Below are positions 8,617 through 18,402 of a stretch of DNA of 64,000 bases, piece after piece. The notes under the pieces are model-generated. The model worked only from the letters and a program-made list of their open reading frames with translations. It made no database searches and was not told where the DNA came from. The translations under genes and the position numbers were made by a program. This DNA is from an uncultured Candidatus Saccharibacteria bacterium (GTDB lineage Bacteria > Patescibacteriota > Saccharimonadia > Saccharimonadales > CAZMXN01), in assembly GCA_964570275.1 (NCBI GenBank), contig CAZMXN010000003.1, positions 33,165-97,164 on the forward strand. Direction: 5' to 3'. Positions within the stretch are counted from its first letter, which is position 1, and the number at the start of each line of letters is the position of its first letter.

Positions 8617-9795
8617 CTAAAACAGATCAAGCTGGCTGATTTCTGTCGGCAAAAAGCCTTCCGGATGCTTGAAGCCGGCTTCCCATTTGGTGCCTTTCTG
8701 GTAGCCGAGGTCTTTCATGAGCCTGGTTGGGGCGTTTCGTAAGTGCAGCGGCACAGGCAGGTCCGGGTGTTGGCGGGCCGCGGCCTGGGCGCGGTTCATG
8801 GCGTCGGTAACCACCCGCGATTTTTTGCACTTTGCGAGTACGGTGGCGCAGTGAAACAGATTATACTGGCACTCCGGCATGCCGATGCGCTCGACAGCCT
8901 GGAAAGTGGCCACGGCCAGGTTCAGGGCGGGCGAGGCGGCAATGCCGACGTCCTCGCTGGCAAAAATTACCATGCGGCGGGCGATGAATTTGGGATCCTC
9001 GCCGGCTTGCAGCATGCGGGCGAGATAGTACAGAGCCGCATTGGCGTCGGAGCCGCGCAGCGACTTAATAAAAGCGCTGATGACGTTGTAGTGCGTTTCG
9101 CCGCCTTTATCATAGCCGGGGACGCGTTTTTGGGCGGCCGTTTCGATGATCTCTGGTGTGATTTTATCTTGAGTGAGCTGCAGGGCCAGCTCCAGATTGC
9201 CCAGGGCTACCCGGGCGTCACCGCCGGACAGTTCGGCCAGCAGGTCAATGCTTTTAGCCGGCAGGCGCCGGGCGGTAAGTTTCTCGGCTTTGGCAGCGGC
9301 TTTAATTATTTTGATAATATCGGCTTTGCTGAGCGGCTGGAGGACCAGGACGCGCGAGCGGCTGAGCAGGGGGTTAATGACTTCGAAGCTGGGGTTTTCG
9401 GTCGTGGCGCCAATGAGCACAATGGTGCCGTTTTCTACATGAGGCAGGAAAGCATCCTGTTGGGCCTTGTTGAAACGGTGAATTTCGTCGACGAACAGCA
9501 CGGTGGTCATGCCGAGACGCTGGTTTTGCCGGGCATGCTCGATCACCTTAACGACGTCGGCCTTGCCGGCCGTGACGGCACTCAGCTCAATGAAGTCCGC
9601 GCCGGTTTCATTGGCGATAATCCGGGCCAGGGTGGTTTTGCCGCTGCCTGGTGGCCCCCACAAAATCAGACTGGTCGGCTGCTTTTTGGCGATCAGCTCG
9701 CGGATGATCCGCCCGCTTGCCACCAGGTGTTCCTGGCCGACGACGTCGTCAAGAGTTTGCGGCCGCATGCGTTCGGCCAACGGTGTTGCCTGCAT
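8617..9795 (-). CDS. rarA: Replication-associated recombination protein A (RarA/MgsA), AAA+ ATPase
   Basis: MRPQTLDDVVGQEHL precedes Walker A GPPGSGKTTLA, Walker B LFVDEIHRFNK and sensor GATTENP. A C-terminal MgsA helical domain is present. It is short, at 392 aa. Confidence 0.85.
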   Translation of the reverse strand: MQATPLAERMRPQTLDDVVGQEHLVASGRIIRELIAKKQPTSLILWGPPGSGKTTLARIIANETGADFIELSAVTAGKADVVKVIEHARQNQRLGMTTVLFVDEIHRFNKAQQDAFLPHVENGTIVLIGATTENPSFEVINPLLSRSRVLVLQPLSKADIIKIIKAAAKAEKLTARRLPAKSIDLLAELSGGDARVALGNLELALQLTQDKITPEIIETAAQKRVPGYDKGGETHYNVISAFIKSLRGSDANAALYYLARMLQAGEDPKFIARRMVIFASEDVGIAASPALNLAVATFQAVERIGMPECQYNLFHCATVLAKCKKSRVVTDAMNRAQAAARQHPDLPVPLHLRNAPTRLMKDLGYQKGTKWEAGFKHPEGFLPTEISQLDLF

Positions 9796-9856
9796 ACCTC
9801 TAGTATACCCGGTAAGTTGCTTTGGCAGCGGTTTTTAGGCCGGCCGATTATGTCCT

Positions 9857-12800
9857 TTAGACGTCGTTAGTGTCGGCCCGGCGGCGGATAATGTAGGCAA
9901 CTATGCCTACGATACCGACAATCGGTATCCACAAGTACCAGCAGAGTCCCAGGATTTTCGAACAGCTGCCGGAAACCAGATTCTCGGTTACGGCTGCGGC
10001 AATGTCGCTGCCGGTGGTAGCCGCCAGCGGCGTAACGGTTTCGTCATCGGCGGTTGTTAAGCCAAGCGACTCCTCGGCGTTGTTGGTGTCCGGAGTGCCG
10101 CCGGTACCACCGGTGCCGCCATCGGTTGTGCCGCCGGTATCGCCAGTTGACAAACCGTTCACTTCACCTCCGCCCGCTCCACCGGATGGTTCTGCAAAAT
10201 CAACCACCACTTCATCGGTCGAGTTGTTGCCGGCGCTGTCGGTGGTAGTCAGCTGGAAAGTGTAGGCGCCGAATTGATCGACAGTGACCGTCGGATTTGC
10301 GGCTGTGGAATCGCTGAAAGTAGCCGTACCCGGTCCGGCGGTTTGCGCCCAGGCATAGGTCGCGCCGGCGTCGTCGGAACTGCCGTTCAGCGCAGCCGAC
10401 TGACCAGTCACAGATTGGTCAGGTCCGGCCACAGCCGACGGCGGCGTGTTGTCGACAATGAAACTCCAAAGCGCACTCCAGAGGCTGGTATTACCGGCGT
10501 GGTCGATAGCGCGCACCTGCCATGTGTAAGCGCCATCCGGCAAAACAATGTTCGGCAAATTGTTAGCTGCGGTAGTTACAGTCGCTGCCAAATCGCTTCG
10601 AGTGTACTCAAACATGTGTACGTCCGTAGAGCCGTTGGCGTCCCATGTAAAGGTTAAAGGCGATGACGCAGACGCGTTTAGTACGCTACCGTCTGCTGGA
10701 CCTTGGAGAATAGGCGTGTTCGGTGCGATTGAATCGTAGTAGTAGTGAACCGGGGCGCTCCAGTCACTGGCGTTACCGGCAGCATCAACTGCCTGAACCC
10801 TAATAGTTACGCCACCTTGCTCGGCATCTGACGGTACGTGGTTGCGCCATGTAGTAGTGCCTGGAACAGTTCGGTATGGGCCACCTGCGAAGCCGTGTCC
10901 ATCGTCATATATGTACTCTATCCGGTAGTAGTCGATGCCGTTTGTATCGCTGGAAGCTGTCCATTGATTGAGAATCGGTGTGCTTGAGAAGTATTGCTCA
11001 TTTGCAGGCGTGGTTATTGTCGGGGCAGTAGGCGCCGCAGTGTCAACGACCACGTCGTTGTAATGGTACTTCCAGTTGCCGACTGCGTCGAAGGCCTGGA
11101 CTTTAAGACGGTAGAAGCCATCACTCAAGCCGGATACATCAAAATGCCAGTTGGTAGTACCGGATGCAGTACCGCTGTCAATGTTCCCGACATGGGTTCC
11201 GCCTAAAGCACTAATCTCAGTGACTGTGTAATTTACTTTTACCACCGAAGTCTGGTTGTCTGACGCTGTACCTTCAACAGTGAAGCTGCTGCCAGCAAAC
11301 GATTTGTCGGCTGGAGTTACCACCTGAACGGAAGGTTTAGTGTTGTCGGTAAAGAAGTGGTTGTAGATATCGGAACGGCCATTACCAACCACATCCTTAG
11401 TGAATAGCCTTAAGTTATATTGACCGTCATCAAGCGTGCTGGTGTCCAGCGTTATGGTGAGGGTGCCGCTATTAGCGTCGCCGCTATAGCTAATGGTGCC
11501 GGTGCCTGCAATCACGCTGCTGGCTCCGGTTTTGACATTGTAGGTCCAGTTGCCGGCAATGGAATTGTCCGGTCGGCGCATTACTATTTGTTGCTGGCCC
11601 AAGCCCGCACCGTTATCCGATATATCAACTTTAATTTCTACAGTGCCATTAAGGGTGGCGCCGGTTGTCGGTGAAGTAAACTGAGCTGCTTCCGGTGCGG
11701 TAGCATCAACTATCAGCTGCCATGGGGTAGTCCAGGCGCCGAAGCTGCCATCGGCGAACTTGGCCCGCACTTGCCAGTAGTAAACGCCGCCGCCCGTAGC
11801 GGAGGCATCTATCTCCGAGCCATTAACTTCAGTGGTGTAGATGGGTGAAGTCAGTGAACCGTCAGGGTTGAGCGCATTGTTGACTGCTGACTGGTACTGA
11901 TAAGCGACGGCATCGGCGACGTCTGTCCAATCCAGTATGCCGGGGCTGTTGGTCAAGGTGCCGTCGGCGGGGGATAGATGTATCGGCAGGTTGTAGAACA
12001 CTACTCGGCCCAGGCTGGCCAGATCGCCTTTATCGGTAATTTTAAGTTCGGTTTCGTCGCGCTCGCTTTGCGTCATTTCGTTGCCGGTTTTGCCATCGAA
12101 CCTGGCCTCGGCAGCGTTAAGGTTCTTAACCTGATAGTTAATGATGTGCATCAGGTCGTTGCCGGAAAAGCTGGTGTTGCCTAGATCGACCGGCGTATTA
12201 CCAGGACCGACGATGCTGTAACCCGGTGCGCCCAGAGCCTGAACGTTAGGGTCGCTGGTACCGACAATCTCAAGGCCTTTGGTGTTGTTGGTTATATGGT
12301 TGTTGCCGGTGAAAGTAACGTTTGTGATGTTGTGGCCGAAGTTGCCGGAGCTGTTGACGTTGTAGAAGGCTATTCCGGCCCAATCGTTGTTATCGGCCGT
12401 GACGTTGTTGAAAGTGTAGTCGCGCGAGTAATTGTCGCTGGCATCGAACCGGGCGGTTATGGCGAAGCCGTTTTTGCTGTAGTTGCTGGCCGTGACATTG
12501 TTAAGCGTAACTTTCCTGGTGCTGTTGAAATCGAGACCGCCCACTCGCTTCGGCGTGGTGTCAAGCCGGCCTGAGCCGTTAAAGTTCAGGTCGGTCAGAG
12601 TTAGCCGGCTGGCTTTGTAAACCTTGAAGTGGTAGCCGACAGTACTGTCAGCAGCCGGGACGGCCAGGGTCAAATTACTTAAGTCGATGTCATTTAAACC
12701 AGTTATGTCGATGCCGTAGGACTTGGTCCCGTCGGTTTCGATGACGGTGCCGGCTTGACTTTCACCGACCAGCTTGGTGCCGTGTTTGAGAAACTTCAGG

Positions 12801-14152
12801 CTTTCGGTGTAGATGCCGTCAGCGACATGGATAGTGCCGCCCTCAACGATGCGACTCATGGCGTCCTGGACTTTAGTGTAGGGATTCCAGGCGGACCCTT
12901 CGTCGCCAGTATTGCCGTTGGCTGCAGGCTGGACGTAGGTGTCAGACAGAAGTTTGATGCCACCGAACTGATTTTCGACCACGGCATCATTGTTCCGTTC
13001 ACTGATTTGAACAACCTTGCTGTCCGGGTATTCGTTAGTGCTGCCTGGGATAATCGCGATATCCAGCACGTTGCGATCAATCCCGGTGCCCCAGCTGTTG
13101 TTTCTGAAATTGATTACGGTGTCGGATAGGACGACCCAGCCTTTAGTGTGGGCGACATAGTTGTTCCTGATTTGGCCTGTAGCCTTGTCGTTGATGTAGG
13201 CGGGCTGGCGCACATGGACGAAGTCGTTGTTGCGAATGTCGAAGTCTTGAACGGTGCTTATTTCCAAGGCTCTTACAACGCTGCTGTCACCAATATTCCA
13301 TTGGCCGGTAAAGCTGTTGCCTAAGACACTGACATTGTCAGCTTGGACTTGAATCAAGTTATGTGGACCGACGTTGTCAGTTTTCTCAAACGCGATATCG
13401 CGGACTGTCGTGCCGTCGGCGGTAATCCTGAAAACCGGGTTGGTACCTGAGGTCTGGATGGTGGCGCCGCTATAACCGCGAACAGCAAGCTGCTTGTTAA
13501 TAACTATAGTAGAGGTGATAGCGTGGGTGCCGTTTAGGTGTAAGAGATCACCCGGAAAGGCCAGCGCTACCGCGTCAGCTAGCGTGTCGTAATAGAACTG
13601 CTGAGTAGCATTGAAGACCGCGTCGTGTGAAAACGATGGATTGGCAGCTTCCTTGCTGCTGACAGCTAAAATGCCGACCGACCGACGCTGACTGCTGTTG
13701 CCGCTGCTGCGGCCGTAAGTTTGCACGGCGGCCAGGCTTGGTATGTTCATTTGGTCGACCGGATCGGCGGATACACCGTCAAACAATTTAACGGTATCAC
13801 CGCTGTTGTTAAGCCAGTTGCCGCCAGCGTCAACAGCCAGGTAACCGTTGGCATTGATGACTGTACCGGCCGGCAAAACCTTCTCTTGAGTGGTGGCGTT
13901 ATCATCAAATCTTACTATCCAACCTGACACATCAGCGCCGGCTGGTCCGGCCAGCTCGACCCATTCGGTCGTTTCGTTGGAGCTAATCTCGTTAATATAA
14001 ACCGGGCTGCTCGAAAGTGCCGTAGCGGTCGACGCCGCCAAAAACGGGAACGCCGTAAGCAGGCCGCTGACTGACAGCACTAGGCTTATAAGGCCGGCCA
14101 GAAATCGGTGAATTAAGTTACTATTAGCCACCCCGTCAAGTTTGTCGCTCAT
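9857..14152 (-). CDS. Giant cell-surface protein (1431 aa) with a lamin-tail domain, parallel beta-helix repeats, Ig/FN3-like domains, a Gly/Thr-rich stalk and a C-terminal TM anchor
   Basis: There is an N-terminal signal/TM. The LTD-like segment is VYINEISSNETTEWVELAGPAGADVSGWIVRF...GTVINANGYLAVD. Many right-handed beta-helix-like N-x-T/S repeats follow (NVTFTGNNHITNNTKGLEI...). Repeated about 90-aa beta-sandwich segments contain W/Y (WQVRA..., YRLKVQAFDAVGN..., WQVRAIDHAGN...). A GGAGGGEVNGLSTGDTGGTTDGGTGGTGGTPDT low-complexity stalk precedes a C-terminal hydrophobic helix and an RRR tail. Confidence 0.7.
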   Translation of the reverse strand: MSDKLDGVANSNLIHRFLAGLISLVLSVSGLLTAFPFLAASTATALSSSPVYINEISSNETTEWVELAGPAGADVSGWIVRFDDNATTQEKVLPAGTVINANGYLAVDAGGNWLNNSGDTVKLFDGVSADPVDQMNIPSLAAVQTYGRSSGNSSQRRSVGILAVSSKEAANPSFSHDAVFNATQQFYYDTLADAVALAFPGDLLHLNGTHAITSTIVINKQLAVRGYSGATIQTSGTNPVFRITADGTTVRDIAFEKTDNVGPHNLIQVQADNVSVLGNSFTGQWNIGDSSVVRALEISTVQDFDIRNNDFVHVRQPAYINDKATGQIRNNYVAHTKGWVVLSDTVINFRNNSWGTGIDRNVLDIAIIPGSTNEYPDSKVVQISERNNDAVVENQFGGIKLLSDTYVQPAANGNTGDEGSAWNPYTKVQDAMSRIVEGGTIHVADGIYTESLKFLKHGTKLVGESQAGTVIETDGTKSYGIDITGLNDIDLSNLTLAVPAADSTVGYHFKVYKASRLTLTDLNFNGSGRLDTTPKRVGGLDFNSTRKVTLNNVTASNYSKNGFAITARFDASDNYSRDYTFNNVTADNNDWAGIAFYNVNSSGNFGHNITNVTFTGNNHITNNTKGLEIVGTSDPNVQALGAPGYSIVGPGNTPVDLGNTSFSGNDLMHIINYQVKNLNAAEARFDGKTGNEMTQSERDETELKITDKGDLASLGRVVFYNLPIHLSPADGTLTNSPGILDWTDVADAVAYQYQSAVNNALNPDGSLTSPIYTTEVNGSEIDASATGGGVYYWQVRAKFADGSFGAWTTPWQLIVDATAPEAAQFTSPTTGATLNGTVEIKVDISDNGAGLGQQQIVMRRPDNSIAGNWTYNVKTGASSVIAGTGTISYSGDANSGTLTITLDTSTLDDGQYNLRLFTKDVVGNGRSDIYNHFFTDNTKPSVQVVTPADKSFAGSSFTVEGTASDNQTSVVKVNYTVTEISALGGTHVGNIDSGTASGTTNWHFDVSGLSDGFYRLKVQAFDAVGNWKYHYNDVVVDTAAPTAPTITTPANEQYFSSTPILNQWTASSDTNGIDYYRIEYIYDDGHGFAGGPYRTVPGTTTWRNHVPSDAEQGGVTIRVQAVDAAGNASDWSAPVHYYYDSIAPNTPILQGPADGSVLNASASSPLTFTWDANGSTDVHMFEYTRSDLAATVTTAANNLPNIVLPDGAYTWQVRAIDHAGNTSLWSALWSFIVDNTPPSAVAGPDQSVTGQSAALNGSSDDAGATYAWAQTAGPGTATFSDSTAANPTVTVDQFGAYTFQLTTTDSAGNNSTDEVVVDFAEPSGGAGGGEVNGLSTGDTGGTTDGGTGGTGGTPDTNNAEESLGLTTADDETVTPLAATTGSDIAAAVTENLVSGSCSKILGLCWYLWIPIVGIVGIVAYIIRRRADTNDV

Positions 14153-14307
14153 TGCTAACCTCGCCTTTGTTCACTTAGATAAGCTTAGTATAACTAGATA
14201 GTTTGCCATTTAGCAACAAATAGTTGCTGACTTATCGTCAATCGGCCAAAAAAACCTTAGAGGGCAATGTGGGTTTTGGGGAGCGGTTCTTGTAAACTAA
14301 TAAGCGT

Positions 14308-15594
14308 ATGCTTGATAAGACCAAGTCTCTTAAACATCGATTCAGCCCCGGCAAGCGCTATGTCCGGCTGGCTTCCCGGGACGTTGCCGAGGCGCGGCAG
14401 TATATAGATAAGTACTGGGAACATCTCAAGCGGTTTCACCCAAAAGACGACGAAACGCTGCTTGGCCTGCCCAAAGCCTATCTGGTGCCGGCTTACGAGG
14501 AAGGTCACCCGTTTGACTTTAACGAGATGTATTACTGGGACAGCTATTTCATGGTTCAGGGCATGTTAAAAGCCGCCGCCAACGACGATCAGAAGTCGCT
14601 GGTCGTCGGCATCCTGGAGAACTTCGAGAGTCTGATCAGGCGCTTTCGGATAATTCCCAACGCCTCCAGGACATATTTAATGGGCCGGTCGCAGCCGCCG
14701 TTTTTGACCAGCTTGATCTTTGACATTTACGAAGCTTACGGCATGGACAAGGAGTGGCTCAAAAATAAACTGACCGTTGCCCGGACTGAGTACGAAACGG
14801 TTTGGATGGGCACCAGCAAGCCACACTGGCGCCAGGTTTACGAGGGTTTAAGCCGCTACTACGACATCAACATGCTGCACGATCTGGCCGAGGCCGAAAG
14901 CGGTTGGGATATGACACCGCGCTTCGGCCGCAAGGCGCTCGATTATCTTCCGGTCGACTTAAACGCCCTGTTATACAAATACGAAAGTGACTTCGCTCAG
15001 GCGGCTGAGCTGATTGGCGACAACACCGAGGCGCATCACTGGCATGCCCAGGCCGACAGCCGCCGTCACACCATGAATCAGCTGATGTGGGACGATGCCA
15101 GGGGCCTGTACTACGATTATAATTTCGTTAAGGGCAAGCGCGGCACGGTGGCGTCGCTGGCAACTTACTATCCGCTGTGGGCCGGTCTGGTGGACGACAA
15201 ACAGGCCAAAAAACTGGTGAAGAATTTGCGCCGATTCGAGGAAAAAGGCGGTCTGGCGACGACCGAAGCTTCGTCCCGGGACCAGCTCAACCAGCTGGTG
15301 GCTTTTCCGGGACAGTTTCCGACCCAGTGGGCATACCCCAACGGCTGGGCGCCGCTGCACTATGTGGTTATCAAGGGGTTGCAACGCTACGGTTACGACG
15401 CCGACGCCGAGCGGATTGCCCACAAGTGGCTCAAAACCAACCTCGACTGGTTTAACGAGCAGGGGGTATTTCTGGAGAAGTACAACGTCGTTCAGCCAAC
15501 CAAGCCGCCGATGAAGGGCGTGTACCCGTCGCAGACCGGCTTTGGCTGGACCAACGCCGTGTTTGAACGCCTGTGCCAGGACTTCATAGACTAG
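14308..15594 (+). CDS. Trehalase-like glycoside hydrolase (GH37 family signatures)
   Basis: Both trehalase signature motifs are present. Signature 1 appears as FDFNEMYYWDSYF (consensus PGGRFxExYxWDxY). Signature 2 appears as QWAYPNGWAPLHY (consensus QWDxPxGWAPxQ). It is short at 428 aa and has no signal peptide. Confidence 0.65.
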   Translation: MLDKTKSLKHRFSPGKRYVRLASRDVAEARQYIDKYWEHLKRFHPKDDETLLGLPKAYLVPAYEEGHPFDFNEMYYWDSYFMVQGMLKAAANDDQKSLVVGILENFESLIRRFRIIPNASRTYLMGRSQPPFLTSLIFDIYEAYGMDKEWLKNKLTVARTEYETVWMGTSKPHWRQVYEGLSRYYDINMLHDLAEAESGWDMTPRFGRKALDYLPVDLNALLYKYESDFAQAAELIGDNTEAHHWHAQADSRRHTMNQLMWDDARGLYYDYNFVKGKRGTVASLATYYPLWAGLVDDKQAKKLVKNLRRFEEKGGLATTEASSRDQLNQLVAFPGQFPTQWAYPNGWAPLHYVVIKGLQRYGYDADAERIAHKWLKTNLDWFNEQGVFLEKYNVVQPTKPPMKGVYPSQTGFGWTNAVFERLCQDFID

Positions 15595-15627
15595 CCGCTT
15601 GAGCTACGAGATGTTTTAATATTATTT

Positions 15628-16617
15628 ATGAGAGTAGAGACCAAAGTCGACGGGCCGCCGGTGGCGGCGGCAACCGGACCGGCTCAGCCCGAAGCCAGGC
15701 CGGAGCGGTTAGCGGTGATAAGAGGTGACAGGTTGGTTTTGCCGGCCGGGCCTGACATCGAGGCTTATAACCAGCGGGTTCAATCAGCTTACGGTGATGC
15801 AGCGGTCGAAATCAGTGTCGTGCCACCCGATATTCTCCAGATCGGCAAAATTCCCCGTGCGATAGGACGAATAACCTCCAGAAAACTGATCAACCTTGCA
15901 GCCTGCTACCCGGGCCAGACGGTCGGACGGGAAGAAATGATCCGCCACCGGGTTTTTACCAACCGGAATGGAGTGCTGCTGACGAGACACGTCAGGATTG
16001 CCTGCGAAGGGCTTAACCCGGTAGTAATGCCCGACGGGCAGCCGCTGATCGGTGTTACCGGGCTTAAGTCGGATTCGCTGGAAGTACGGCTGGACCCGCG
16101 GGTAGTGCTGGTTGCAACGGCGCCTAGCACTGAGCCGGCCCACACATGGCCGGAACCAACCGAAAGACAAGCCAGTAGTCCTTACGGCCAGAACATAAGC
16201 TACCAGGAATATTTTCAATCGCCGGGAGAGACCACGACGGCCGAGAAGCCGGCCAAGCCGTGGGAAGCCTACGACAAGCTTTACATTACCAGCGCTGCAC
16301 GCTTCATGGAGGAGCTGCAAAGCTTTTACCTGGAAGGCACGGCTATGCCGGTATTTGACCGCCTGCCCAGCAACATCGAAGCCGTCAAGTCGGCTGCCTG
16401 GCAGGCCGCCGGCGTATTCTTTGGCCGTAGCCAGACGATCAAGGATCCGGAAATAGCCCAACGGGTCAATGCATATTTTCGCTATCTCGACGCAGTTGAA
16501 GCTCTAACCAAGCTGAATCAACGGCGGCGACTCAGCCAAACGGCTGCCCGGCCAACCGGCCGCCGGATGATGCCGGTTGACGACTTCATAGAGCGGGTCG
16601 ACAGGGCGCGCGAGTAA
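15628..16617 (+). CDS. Hypothetical protein (329 aa), translationally coupled to a downstream small zinc-ribbon ORF
   Basis: This is a long ORF with coding-like composition but no recognisable motifs. Its stop overlaps the next start codon by 1 nt. A 225-aa antisense ORF is present and is judged a shadow ORF. Confidence 0.35.
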   Translation: MRVETKVDGPPVAAATGPAQPEARPERLAVIRGDRLVLPAGPDIEAYNQRVQSAYGDAAVEISVVPPDILQIGKIPRAIGRITSRKLINLAACYPGQTVGREEMIRHRVFTNRNGVLLTRHVRIACEGLNPVVMPDGQPLIGVTGLKSDSLEVRLDPRVVLVATAPSTEPAHTWPEPTERQASSPYGQNISYQEYFQSPGETTTAEKPAKPWEAYDKLYITSAARFMEELQSFYLEGTAMPVFDRLPSNIEAVKSAAWQAAGVFFGRSQTIKDPEIAQRVNAYFRYLDAVEALTKLNQRRRLSQTAARPTGRRMMPVDDFIERVDRARE

Positions 16618-16805
16618 TGAATGACGGCGAACCGCCGGCTCTGCCTTGCGCCGGCAAGCTGGCGTTTGACACCCGTAACCAAGCCCAGGCCGAGGCCACG
16701 GCAACACACTGGCGGCGCGGCACCAGCCTCAAACCGTACCGCTGCCGGCACTGTGATTTATGGCATCTGTCAAAGCGAATAGCTACTGACAAACTTCCTG
16801 ATTAA
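16617..16805 (+). CDS. Small Cys-containing (zinc-ribbon-like) protein, 62 aa
   Basis: The sequence is ...PYRCRHCDLWHLS plus an upstream Cys. A TAATG stop/start overlap links it to the upstream ORF, and a strong terminator follows. Confidence 0.35.
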   Translation: MNDGEPPALPCAGKLAFDTRNQAQAEATATHWRRGTSLKPYRCRHCDLWHLSKRIATDKLPD

Positions 16806-16858
16806 GGGGTATACTGATAGCCATGAAATTGCTTAGCCGTTATTTTCGTTCATTGACA

Positions 16859-16885
16859 ATGCCCGGCCGGGCATAATTTTTCTTG
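16859..16885 (+). terminator. Rho-independent terminator
   Basis: ATGCCCGGCCGGGCAT is a perfect palindrome (GC-rich stem), followed by AATTTTTCTT. Confidence 0.55.
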
Positions 16886-16930
16886 ATTTAGTAAATTTTA
16901 ACCTCAGACTTTAATAACGGGAGCCAAACA

Positions 16931-18388
16931 ATGAAATTCTACGTAACCACCTCTATTCCGTATGTTAACGGCGAGCCGCACATCGGCTTTGCCATGGAGC
17001 TGCTGTACGCCGACGTTCTGGCCCGTTACGCCCGCCGCGAGAAAGCCGAGGTGATTTTTGCGACCGGGACTGACGAGCATGGCGGCAAAATCGCCGAAAA
17101 AGCCGCCGAGCTTAAGCTGACGCCCAAAGCCTACGTCGATCAGGTCAGCCAGCAATTCCGGGACTTAGGCAAGCTCTTAAATGTCAGCAACGACCGGTTT
17201 ATCCGGACCACCGATACCGCTCATGAGCAGCGCGCCCAGATAATCTGGCGCAATCTCGAAAAAGACATCTACAAGAGCTCGTACAAGGGTCTGTACTGCA
17301 CCGGCTGCGAAGCTTTCGTAACCGAGGCGGCCGCCAAGGACAATAACGGCATCTGCCCGTTGCACAACCGTCCCTACGAGGTGCTGGAAGAAGAAAATTA
17401 CTTCTTCCGCCTCAGTCACTACGCTGACCAGATCCGCGGGGCCATCGAAGCGGGCGATTTCCAGATCATCCCCGAGACCCGCAAAAACGAAATCATGAGC
17501 GTGATTAAAGACGGGCTGGAGGACATCAGCATTTCCCGGCCCAAGGATAAGATCGCCTGGGGCATACCCGTACCCGGTGACGCCGGCCAGGTCATGTATG
17601 TCTGGTTCGAGGCGCTGATGAATTACATCACGGTGCTCGGCTACCCGGAGCACGCTGATTTCAAGAAGTTCTGGCCGGCCGACGTGCAGGTGATCGGCAA
17701 GGATATTCTAAGATTCCACGCCGCGATCTGGCCCGGCATGCTGCTGGCGCTCGGCCTGCCGCTACCTAAAATACTGTTCGTCCACGGCTTCGTTAACGTT
17801 GACGGCCAGAAGATGAGCAAGTCGCTCGGCAATGTCATCAAGCCGGCCGACGTGGTCGCCCGCTACGGCACCGACGCCTTCCGCTACTTCTTCCTGCGCC
17901 ACATTCCGGCCTACGATGACGGTGATTTTACCTGGGATAAGTTCGAAACGGCCTACAACAACGAGCTGGCCAACGAGCTCGGTAACGCCGTCCAGCGCAC
18001 CGCCGCCATGATAATGAAGTACCAGAACGGCATCATCGGCGACATCCCGGAGGCCGGCCACGACATCGGTCAGTTCCGTGAAGCGGTGGAGAGCTGCCGG
18101 TTCGATCGGGCGGTCGAGGAAATCTGGGACCAGATCCGGGGCTTCAATCAGTACGTTGAACGTCAGAAGCCCTGGGAGATCAGCAAGAGCGGCGACACGG
18201 CCCATTTGCGCGAGGTGCTGGCAGCCCAGGTTGGCGACCTGCTGCAAATCGCCGAGTTGCTGGAGCCGTTCCTGCCGGAAACGGCCGCCAGGATTCAGCA
18301 TGTCTTTAAAGAGGGGGTCGTCCGGCCGGTAGAAGGCACCCTGTTCCCGAAAAACGAGTCCGTCAATGATCCTGCTGCTCAGGCATAA
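16931..18388 (+). CDS. metG: Methionine--tRNA ligase (minimal form, 485 aa)
   Basis: A class I HIGH-type motif is seen as PYVNGEPHIGF, with KMSKS. The anticodon-binding helical domain is present. There is no C-terminal EMAP extension. Confidence 0.9.
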   Translation: MKFYVTTSIPYVNGEPHIGFAMELLYADVLARYARREKAEVIFATGTDEHGGKIAEKAAELKLTPKAYVDQVSQQFRDLGKLLNVSNDRFIRTTDTAHEQRAQIIWRNLEKDIYKSSYKGLYCTGCEAFVTEAAAKDNNGICPLHNRPYEVLEEENYFFRLSHYADQIRGAIEAGDFQIIPETRKNEIMSVIKDGLEDISISRPKDKIAWGIPVPGDAGQVMYVWFEALMNYITVLGYPEHADFKKFWPADVQVIGKDILRFHAAIWPGMLLALGLPLPKILFVHGFVNVDGQKMSKSLGNVIKPADVVARYGTDAFRYFFLRHIPAYDDGDFTWDKFETAYNNELANELGNAVQRTAAMIMKYQNGIIGDIPEAGHDIGQFREAVESCRFDRAVEEIWDQIRGFNQYVERQKPWEISKSGDTAHLREVLAAQVGDLLQIAELLEPFLPETAARIQHVFKEGVVRPVEGTLFPKNESVNDPAAQA

Positions 18389-18402
18389 GGGGAGGCAGCC
18401 GG

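Noticed and set aside
8743-9870. 375-aa ORF on the + strand, antisense to rarA
   Set aside because: It is fully embedded in the rarA gene on the opposite strand. The protein is Gly/Ala/Arg-rich with no motifs, which is typical of shadow ORFs in 60% GC DNA. rarA has clear AAA+ motifs.
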